NCBI GenBank assembly: GCA_002104905.1
Contig: MCFE01000035.1
Location: forward strand, 141,624 to 205,623
DNA: 64,000 bases
Direction: 5' to 3'
Origin: Basidiobolus meristosporus CBS 931.73
Lineage: Eukaryota > Fungi > Basidiobolomycota
In this document: positions 53,098 to 62,557 of the stretch, in pieces
Layout: every line of letters begins with the position of its first letter
Numbering within the stretch: position 1 is the first letter of the stretch
Made by a program: the position numbers and the translations under genes
The notes under the pieces: model-generated
What the model saw: the letters and a program-made list of their open reading frames with translations, nothing else
What the model was told of the DNA's origin: nothing
Databases searched by the model: none

Positions 53098-53313
53098 TAC
53101 CCAGAACATGAAAATTCTTGAAGTTGTCCAAACAGCCCCAAACTTTGCACACATGTTCTTGGGACCTTCCTTAGCCTATTCTATGTGTTTTTTATGCCAA
53201 GACCAGGTAAAAGTATATATACTACTTTTACATTCAATAAATCATTGAGTGAGAACCACATAATCTACTTGTCCTCCCAAGTCACTTCCAATATTGCCAA
53301 GACTCTTATAACA
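53098..53313 (+). mobile_element. Partial 5' LTR preceding gag
   Basis: Right ~215 bp of the LTR (TACCCAGAACATGAAA...CTCTTATAACA), directly followed by TGATATGAACCC (possibly a degenerate PBS) and gag. Confidence 0.8.
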
Positions 53314-53317
53314 TGAT

Positions 53318-53842
53318 ATGAACCCAAGCTGTCACTCTGTAGTGTCCACTACTGCTATTACTGGAATTTCTCCCTCTGCTGAAAAGTTGGATGGATCTAA
53401 CTACCAAGTGTGGAAGGTGAAGATGAAGATCTGGCTACAAGAAAGAGGCATTTGGGATATTGTCATGGAAGAAGAGTGCCCTCCTGAAAACATGGGAGAA
53501 AAAGCCCTCAAGTACCAGAAGAAAGAACAAAGTGCCTTTAACTGCATTTGCTTTAATGTCAAAGACAAATTGCCAATTCAATGCTCAAGAGCAAAAACAG
53601 CCAAGAATACCTGGAAGGCATTAGAAGACACCTACCAGTCATTTCCAGCTGCCAAGAAAATGTATCTGAGAAAAGAAATTCTTTAATATAAAGATGCAGC
53701 CAGGAGAAGAAATGAAATATGTAATTAACAAAATTACCTTGCTGGTGGATGAGATGCAATCTGTGGGTGTACCAACTACTGGAGAGGATATGATAGTAAC
53801 CATCCTGAATAGCCTGACAGACAAGTTTCAGGGCCTTGTATC
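53318..53842 (+). pseudogene. Ty1/Copia-type gag remnant with frameshift, truncated by an LTR
   Basis: KLDGSNYQVWKVKMKIWLQERGIWDIV...AKTAKNTWKALEDTY...KKMYLRKE, then in a shifted frame KMQPGEEMKYVINKITLLVDEMQSVG...IVTILNSL; typical Copia gag N-terminus. Confidence 0.85.
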
Positions 53843-54192
53843 TGTTGCAAAAGTTTCTAATTGGACCTAAATATTTACCTAAATCAGTCACTTAGATCAT
53901 TACCTTCAAATCCTACAGAATACTGACCAGATTCCTTGTTGGGATTTACTTAGAATATTTTCACCAAAATACCAAGTACCCAGAGCATGAAAATTCCCAG
54001 AGCTGTCCAAACAGCACCAAACTTTGCACACATATTCTTGGGCATTTTTTGTAGCCTATTCTATGTGTTTGTTATGCCAAGTCCATGTGAAAGTATAAAT
54101 ACTACTTTTACATTCAATAAATCATTAAGTGAAAACCGCATAATCCACTTGTCCTCCCAATCACTTCCAATATCTCCAAGACTCTTACAACA
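53843..54192 (+). mobile_element. Complete LTR of the same family
   Basis: TGTTGCAA...TTACAACA, colinear with 13044..13389. The flanks GTATC/CTATT do not form a clean TSD. Confidence 0.88.
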
Positions 54193-55917
54193 CTATTAAC
54201 ACCTAAATCCATATATGAGTTTAGTAATTTAGACCCTGGTCTAAGAGACTTCCATGCTAAGGTCTACCTGGAATACTTCACCAAAGTATCTAGTACCAAT
54301 ATCATGACAATCTGTCCAGAAGCCTGTAAGCACTTGCACCTGCTGATCAAGCCTTCCTTATGATATACCCTAAGAAAAAAAACTCAGAAAAGGCCAGCAA
54401 AATACCATCATAATATAAACTGAATACCAAATTTCTCAACATCTATATTGTTAGCTGATGGGCAGGCATGCAAGCAAATTCTCCTGGAGGAGACTAGTCT
54501 AACTAGCATCCATTCCAAATTTGGTAATTAGCTGCCAATTGCTTCCATCAGAAATTGCATTTGAGATTTTGAACCAAAAACACAAGCTGAACACCAGCAA
54601 AATACCATTAGAATACCAGCTGAATACCAGCTGAAAATCAGATGAATTCCAAGTTTGAGACTTTTCATAGGGATAAATGCAACCCTCATATTGAATGAAT
54701 CCCTGAATGATAACATCATGTTTTATTAGCTTGTTCTATTGGATCCAATATCACCAAAGCCTTAACAGTAGCTTAATGGTGTTCATCACGTCTGCTGATG
54801 ATGTTAACCTCTGAGATCCCTTCCTATATTCCACAATATATTCAACATTTATTGTTATGCAGTTGAGTGCAAATTTAAATGCAAAATGTTAAAAATAATT
54901 AGTGAGCTAACCAGTTGTGTATATCACTACCCAGTGTTGTGTGTTGCAAAGTATATTCAGAGCAACTATTCTCATGTACAAATATAACCAAAGCAATATC
55001 GCAATGAAGAGAGAAGCCAGATCAAGTGATCTTATACTGCAAGTTGGTACTGTTGCTGCCATCAATTTAACTGCATATACTACGGGGTGGTAGTGAATGG
55101 AGGGGGTAAATTTGTGAGAAGCCAAGTATATGATCATACTCCGAAGTGAGCTGATGATACAACCAAGGGAGAATGGTCCAAAGTTTAAGAAACAGTAGCA
55201 TGGTACATTTCCCTTGCAAAAACCATGAATACATTCTCGCGGTTAGAAGATTGAATGATTACTGGTTCTTCAGAATTGTGGAAGCTTCGCAATGATGAAA
55301 GGCCTTAAACTTAATTTCCTCCTAGTTTGCTGGAGATAGTACCAAGATATACAAGTAAGGAATATTTCTGATACAAATGGTGGTGGCCGCCCTGCTCTGC
55401 CCAACGTGCTCCCGAGCCAACCAATCAACAAAAAAATCATCTTCTAAACGCGACGCAATGTGCATTTGAAAGACTTCTTTGATCTTTAGATAATTTCACC
55501 AACCTGCAGGCTCACAGTCTGTGCTTGACCTCAAGGAACCCTCCTCTATGCTTATGTGGTAAACCTGCAACAAGGGAATGCCGTGCATCTTTGGATTGCC
55601 ACGAGGAACGAATCAGCATAGAATATTACACTACGAGAATTCTCTCATAAATATCATATTAAGAAATCTGATCTTCCAGCGTTGGTTGGGACGTATGGAG
55701 ATGGCTAGCCTACGGAAGATAACGAGGATTTGTAACGAAAGTGAGAACATTGAGAATCAGTATGATACATTGATTCCTTTCAAATGCAACGTTTCAATGG
55801 AACTGTGACCGAGTCCGATGGCCGGAAATTTCCTCTAGCGTCGAATGGATAAATAATGAACCTTCCCCAGGCGAGGATGTTTTTTGCCCAACCTTGCACC
55901 TCAATCGGAAACCACTC

Positions 55918-56660
55918 ATGAATCCGGAAGGCAGAACGCTCCTGTGGTATCTATGGCTAACGGCGATAGGCGTTCATGCAGAATTCTCGATCACTAGCCC
56001 GATAGGCGCCTCTTGGGAGATTGGTGCCTCGAATATCATTTCTTGGTGAGTTACCCATCTTGACCAAGAACCAGACCGCGTTTAACCGTCAACTTGAATG
56101 CTAGGCAGGAAATCGATGGGCAACCAAGCCCATCCATGATCGATCTCCATTTGATGCAAGGGTCACCAGCTAGCCTGCAACTAATCGCAAACATAGCCAC
56201 TGCAGTGGATACCAAGTCTGGCCAGTATGCATGGACGATTCCGAAGAACATCAAGCCCGAGGCAAACTATGCTATCCAAGCTAGCGAAGGGAAATTTGTG
56301 AGGTACAGCCCGTTCTTCGAGATCATTGGCCAATCAAACATCGAGGAAATCGATGAGAACAGCGAACTAGGTCTCTCCAGCCCAACCGATCTTGAGACCC
56401 CATCACTTTCATTGGCTGCTACACCTACACCAACTAGAGAGTCCCCGCAAGCCAAAGCCCACTCCTCAAGTATAAATAAGCTCAATGCTAGCGGTAGTTC
56501 TACCCTCCTTCCGTCTAAGACGGCAACATTGAGTGCGAACGCTACCAAGGCATCCCGGGCAACATCCAAATCCGAAGGGGCATCCCATTCGAACAACAGT
56601 TGGGCCATTCTAATCATGGCAGTCTCCTCTTTGGGCCTCTCACTGCTGCTGTGGCCGTGA
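55918..56660 (+). CDS. Secreted Ser/Thr-rich, probably GPI-anchored protein (Kre9/Knh1-like N-terminal Ig-type domain)
   Basis: Exon 55918..56045 (signal peptide, FSITSP...W), intron 56046..56104, then IDLHLMQG...IATAVD...GQYAWTIP...YAIQ...YSPFFEI, an S/T stalk and a hydrophobic C-terminus. Confidence 0.8.
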
Positions 56661-56989
56661 CCGGGTTTTAAAATATTGCACTATTTATTCACGCTATCAT
56701 TAATAAATTACACTTGATTAATCTGAAAGCCTGCATCCTACCGGATTAACCAGGGTACCGCATTTGTGATATATTTGGAGTAAACAAGCATGAAGTTTGA
56801 TGTTAGCGCATCTTCACACATGGCCTCTCTGAAAAAACCGTTTCATCATGAAACTGTGGCTTAAACGCGATGACCTACGGAGATTTCTTTGGAATGGCTT
56901 CGGTAGTTTCATGTCAAGTTGTCTTTTATAGCCCTGTCTCGACAAGCATCCCTTGCAAAAGCGGTCCTGGAAGAATGAACACTCCTTTG

Positions 56990-57887
56990 ATGAGATATTC
57001 CCCTCTGCTCTTGGGGCTGCTGGTGGTTGCGGCCCAGGACTCATCAAACACTAATTTAACCTCTCTTGAGCCCTCGCCACAGGCAGGGGAGGGTAAGTAT
57101 GCATTTGAATCGATGTGATTTGATTTTCATTAATCCTGAATGTAGTGGAGAGTGTTCGAACCACTCTTGATCCACAAACTAGCACTGTTGGCGTATTATC
57201 CATTCTCATTGGGTTCCTCTTTTGCTTCTTCGGAAAGCGCCTTTTTAGAATCGTTCTCTTTGTCACTGGATTCGTAACCTTCAGTAAGTGGCAAGTGAAT
57301 TGTCCAGAAGGCCTTGGCCAACTAAGTCGTATAATCAATTTTTAGGCTTCGTGACGTTCCTCGTCTGTAGTCGCTTCTACTCACAAGGGGTCGAACCTAG
57401 TCACGGCTTTCCACAATCCACGCTATTTCTGATCATTGGCTTACTGGCGGGAATAGCAGGTGGATTCCTATTCATGTGCTTATGGCAGGTTGGTGCAGCT
57501 ATGGTAGGCGGTATGCTAGGTTTTTGCATCGCCATGACCATCTTATCACTGTCAAGCGAGGGGTTGATTCGTAGCGAGGTAGGGAGGTTGATCTTTATTG
57601 CAAGCTTTGTTATTGTCGGCATGATACTGGTATCGTTCTATGAATCAGACATAGTGATTATTGGAACGGCTTTTGCCGGCGCCTACCACATTGCCATGGG
57701 TGCAGATGTATTTATCCAGACAGGGTTTACCCATACAATCAAGTCATTCTTGGGTGGCTCAACACATCTTGCTTACAAAGCAACCGCAGCAGTCTATGGA
57801 GTACTTGTGTCTATGCTTTTGGTGTTTGGGCTGGGACTGTACGTACAATATAGTAGCCAGCGTCGAATACTCGTAGTGAAAGGCTGA
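56990..57887 (+). CDS. DUF4203 / TMEM198-like multi-pass membrane protein; multi-exon
   Basis: Signal peptide, GFLFCFFGKRLFRIVLFVTGF, glycine-rich TM helices, IIGTAFAGAY and GADVFIQTGF. Confidence 0.75.
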
Positions 57888-58329
57888 ATACTGAAATAAA
57901 GTGCAACCAAGCCATGTCTATGAAAGGAAAGTGGGGGAGGGGAAAATATGCAGTGCCCAATACGGCTAAATGACCCAGGTTTGCCACAATTAAAAAGAAA
58001 TCACGAAACCCCCCATTCTACATCAGCCCGGCCAACGATTGCATCATAATAAAGATTCTTGTGTAACGGTACCGTCTGATGACTGTGATGAGAGCTGAAT
58101 ATTGCTGTTTCCTGAGTGCATGACGTTTATTGAGCTCATCAGGAATCAATATGTCTTTAAATGAGTGGCCAATGGAAGGAGAGCGAGGATTTTCCAACTT
58201 CCCCATCGGGATCATACCGGATGCTTACGGAGGTGGAGTGTACAGTGGGCAATGAATTATGACGATAAGTGATATATACAACGGGGCTTGGTGAATGTAC
58301 AGCTTGAGGTGAGGAGTCAGGAAAATTTG

Positions 58330-59336
58330 CTAGATTTTGCGAAAATATTCCAACTCTGCATCATCCCAACTAAAGAATTTTCCATGAAACTGGTCTGGAA
58401 CACCATCTCTCGCTAGCTTTGCGAGAACAAAACCAACTTCATCCGGTTTCACCAGAATGTTATTGTGTTTCATCGATACAAATCCATTGTAATCGTTTCT
58501 TGACATATGCTTGGATCCTACGGGAACAATTAGGCCTGTGTCAACCTGATAATCGCCGATTCACTCTAATTACCGGTTTCTCGAATCAAGCGTTGGAAAT
58601 CAGTGTCCACTGCGCCAGGATGAATGGCTGTACAGCGCACTTCAGGCTCCTCAATAGCTAGACAGTATGAGAACATATTCAACGCCGCCTTGGAGCTGCC
58701 AATCTATTAGATGCGTATCTAGTGTGATTTGGGGAGGGGTATAACTTACCAGCAATAAGCTGCCCATCCAGGAAATGCAATCATGGCTGCCCCTGAGCTA
58801 ACCATTACACAGTTTCCTCGGGATTTTCGAAGTTCAGGCAGTGCCTTCTGTACCAAGCTCACCACAGAGAAAAAATTCAGCTCAAACAAACTGCATATTC
58901 CAATGGCTAAATACAGTGCTGATAGACAGTGGCTTGAAATACACCCTACCTTCTCCATTCTGCTTCTTTGATGTCGGCTAGGCTTTTGATAGGGTCGATC
59001 ACTCTGATAAGGATAGGCATTTCAACATAGTTGGTAGGCACTCTAGTTCACCATATACAATACTAACCCTGCGTTTAGGATAATACTATCAATTCTACCA
59101 TGCTTCGCAATGGTGTGGCTTACAACTCGCTCCAAATCTTTCTCCAAAGCTAAATCCGCCACTATATAAGAGTAGTTTGCTGGAAAAGTGGTCTCAGCCT
59201 CTATAGTTCGTAGCAAATGTTCGGTACGTGCAACACTGACGACAAAGGCGCCTTGTTCTAGGGCTTCTAAAGTAACGGCACGCCCAATTCCCCTTGAAGC
59301 TCCTGTAACTACAATTACAGGAGGCAAGCTAGACAT
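58330..59336 (-). CDS. Short-chain dehydrogenase/reductase (classical SDR); multi-exon; last host gene before the telomeric array
   Basis: VVTGASRGIG, LNAG, VSSGAA, a spliced Y-C-x-S-K catalytic motif, AIHPGAVDT, and stop at 58330-58332. Confidence 0.9.
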
Positions 59337-60104
59337 GACTGCTCAGTCTCTACTGGAGATTGCTTAACACTTCAATGCGCAAGGGTAACAAGAAATTAGC
59401 AGGGAATGAAGGTGAGCTCGAGATTGGTATATATCGAAGAAGTCGATGATTAAGAAGAAAATATACTAAATAATGGGCCCTCACTCTTATAAAGGTCTGC
59501 GATGGAAGGTACAATGATAACCCTACAAGATCCCCATTCATCGATTTGCATCTTATAGGATGCAGGCTCGTGATACATCAATACAGGGTCGTAAATAATA
59601 CAATTGGTGAGTAATGAATGATGTCATGAGTATATAAATATAGCAATGAAGATATAATTAGTCGCCATGTGGAGCGAATAATGCTGATCGGGGACAAGGA
59701 GTATCTCATTTTAAGAGTAGATTATTAACGGCTTAATTTCCTTTCTTAACCTGGAAATATGGTGAAATAGTTTTCGTTTTTAGAATATTCAGGAAGATAT
59801 CACAGGATTCCTTCTGAACTGTTCTCAGCCTCAATCACTAGGGTTTCATTGTGGGCTCGTGCACTTGAACCTAAATCAACATCTTCAGCAAATAATCTCT
59901 GGCTTGAGTCTCACGTACAATGCTACTAAACGATCAACCAATCTCCATGCTTATACAGCATTCCACTGCTTGTATTGCGTTCATGGACAAAAGCGCTACT
60001 GTCATACCTAATATCGTAACTGTCCAATGGAAACCACTTCGGGTGTCTGAGCTTCAAGAGATCCATCTTGTTACACTATAAAAAACCACGCGATGAAGGC
60101 ACAT

Positions 60105-61901
60105 GGGTTAGGGGGGGAGACAGTCACCAACAGGTGAAATCTTTATTTCAGTTGAAACAAAGAAGCCAGCGCTACTGTTGTAGCTTTGATACAAGAGTGT
60201 GTAGCTGAGGGGAATTTGTAGGTAAGTTAATAAGAAGTGATGATAGTTCTTCAGTGCTCAAGACACTGTTCAGTGGGAAGGGGGGTAGCAAGAGAGGTAA
60301 GAATGACTTGTGAACAACATTAATGAGGGGAATGTGATAAGGATTGATATTCATCATAAAGGGAGTGTGCTGCTGCAGATATTGCTGCCAAAGGTCTGTC
60401 AAGTACTTCAGGTAGGCCAGCTTGGGTTTTTCTGACTCCAGAATATAATGAGCAAACTTCTTGACTTCAGGATCTCCAAGTATAGTTCTCCAGCAGGAGC
60501 CAGGTGTTGTGTGGTGTGTTCTCTTCCAGGCCTTAATCAGTGGGTTGTTGCAGTTGTGAAGTCTGAGGTATAGTCTGGTTCTAAGGTAGAGAAGTCTGAT
60601 CTTATAGGGCATAAACCCAAAAGCACCAAGAATAGCATGTCTGTAGGGGCATTCAGGCAGATGAGGCACCAAGGAGGTAATGCACCATACGGCAAACTTG
60701 TCAAGCTTAGTGCAGTCTCTAGAAGTAAGAGAGAGAAGTGGTAAGCTAAATTCCAGGACAGGGAAGACAAACTGCTTGAGTAGAAGGAGGCAGCTGGGAG
60801 CTGAAGTTGTAGGAGGAGTAACAGCCAATAGCTTGTGGAGTGCCTGTCTTGCCAGGGTAATTCTCTTCTTCAGGTGTGCTGCAGAGTCTAGTCCAGTAGG
60901 AAGGAAAGGAAAGCCAAGATATGTGGCAGAAACCTGAGCAGGTAGAGTGGAGTTCTCCAAGTTGATGGGAGAGCCCAAAGGTACTGTCTTTGCAATGGAA
61001 AGCTGGAGATTATTCTTCTGCAGATACTGGTGGATGGTCTGGGAGTCTTGTTGCACATTGGAGGAGGATATTCTGATGTCATCAGCAAAGAGAGTAACCA
61101 GGCAGTCAGCTGAGAGTCTTGGGAAATCATTCAGGAAGATGGCAAACAGTATAGGACCAAGCACCGAGCCTTGAACCACTCCATTAGGAACTGAGAACAC
61201 AGCTGATTGCTCACTTGGGTGCAGAATTCTTGCTTGTGGATCCAGAAACAGAGACCTGACAAGGATGGTGAGAGAGGTACTGGAGAAGCATTGCAACTTG
61301 GACCAAAGCAGATTTCTGTCAACTGAATCAAAGGCCTTAGTAATATGAAACAGAACAGAGGGATACTTGCACTGGAGAGAGTGATCTTGGCTAAGTATGA
61401 CTGCATATTCCAAGGAGAGGCCAGGAACAAAGCCAAACTGTGCAGGATGAAACTTGAGGGAGTCAGAGTAGAGCTCCTGAGCAAGCAGAAGCTCAAACAC
61501 CTTTCTGCAGGTGGGCAGCAGAGATATTGGCCTGTAGGAGCTAGGATCCAGGTGCTTTCCTTTACCCTTGTACAGTGGCAGAACATTTGCAAAGGACCAT
61601 TCCTCAGGAGTAGAAAGCTGGGCTGAGCATTGCTGAAACAGTGGAAGCAGAAGTGCAGACATGGCCTTGGTACTAGTCTTCAGAAGCTCATAAGAGATTG
61701 TGTCCACACCTGGAGCAGTAGAGTTGGGAAGCCTCTTGAGCACATTATGGATTCTCCTTTTATCAAGTGCAAGTGGGATGGGCACAGTCTTGAAGTCAGG
61801 ATGAAAGCCAGGAGTTGAGTACTGCTTTGTAGAGAAGAAGATGTTAGCCAGCTGTTCTGTTGAAGGTAACTTCCTGGAAGAGGGCCTCATTGCCCTGTAG
61901 A
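60105..61901 (-). mobile_element. 5'-truncated non-LTR retrotransposon (LINE), copy 1
   Basis: Open RT frame: APGVDTI, WSFANVLPLYKGKG...YRPISLLPTCRKVFE, QFGF, ITKAFDSV, VVQGSVLGPILF, FADD; stop at 60172. The 3' tail is fused to GGGTTAGGG at 60105, and the 5' break abuts another GGGTTAGGG at 61902. Confidence 0.95.
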
Positions 61902-62487
61902 GGGTTAGGGGGAGGAAAGTCACCAAGTGGTGAAATCTTTATTTACTTATGACAAGTATCTAAAGAAGCCAAGTTAATCTGAAGTAATTCCTAGAAAGCT
62001 AGGTCTGAGAGATATCTTCCTGGTAAGCCAGGTCTGAGAGTTGAGAAGCTGAGTGGTACTATATTTCCTAGTTAGCTAGGTCTGAGAGAGGTTTCCTGGA
62101 AAGCCAGGCCTGAGAAGTGAGAATCTGAATATATCTGAGCTGAGAGAGGTTTCCTGGAAAGCCAGGCCTGAGAAGTGAGAATCTGAATATATCTGAGCTA
62201 AGTTATACTGGTTTGCGGTAGCTGAATTGTGGCCGGAATGGCCAGTAGACTGGGGGAACTGAGAGGAATTTCTGGGCGATCACTGGCCAAATTTACTAGG
62301 CAAATCTGGCCAATTAGCATTTCAAGGATTTCAGCCAATCAGAGCCTTTACTTTGCCCGATGGTTGATCAAGCCATCTCCCAATGAGCACACATCAATTT
62401 ATTAATCAAATTTTGCTGGATCCAGGATTTGAACCCACAACCATGGGTATGGAAGGGTTAGGGATAACCACAAGGCTAAGTGTTCTT
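61902..62487 (-). mobile_element. tRNA-derived SINE-like element sharing the LINE 3' tail
   Basis: The minus strand begins with A-box-like TAGCCTTGTGG and B-box GGTTCAAATCC at tRNA spacing. It has no long ORF and no T4 run on the sense strand, and it ends in the same AATAAAGATTTCACC-loop-GGTGACT...CCCTAACCC tail. Confidence 0.8.
61990..62197. repeat. Internal repeat array of the SINE: five CCTRG-N4-CYAGG hairpin motifs, including an exact 58-bp tandem duplication
   Basis: Motifs start at 61990, 62019, 62067, 62095 and 62153; 62082..62139 is identical to 62140..62197. Confidence 0.9.
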
Positions 62488-62557
62488 GGTTAGGGGAGGG
62501 AAAGTCACCAAGGTAGGTGAAATCTTTATTTGATTTCAGACAAGTCTAACTACAAAT
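62488..62557 (-). mobile_element. ~70 bp tail-only retroelement unit (third tail variant)
   Basis: GGTTAGGGGAGGGAAAGTCACCAAGGTAGGTGAAATCTTTATTTG followed by ~25 bp (ATTTCAGACAAGTCTAACTACAAA), then the next telomeric junction. Confidence 0.75.

Noticed and set aside
54394-54630. Imperfect ~35-bp repeat CCAGCAAAATACCAT...CTGAATACCA at 54394 and 54594
   Set aside because: Only two degenerate copies in decayed repeat DNA; not an array and no spacer structure (not CRISPR-like).
61902-61926. ORF-track start MVTFLPLT of the 584-aa RT ORF
   Set aside because: These codons are the SINE 3' tail plus the CCCTAACCC junction read in frame by chance; the LINE itself is truncated at 61901.
62412-62487. 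Functional tRNA gene
   Set aside because: The A and B boxes are present, but the acceptor stem (GAACACT vs ATCCAGC) and anticodon stem do not pair properly; treated as a SINE head.
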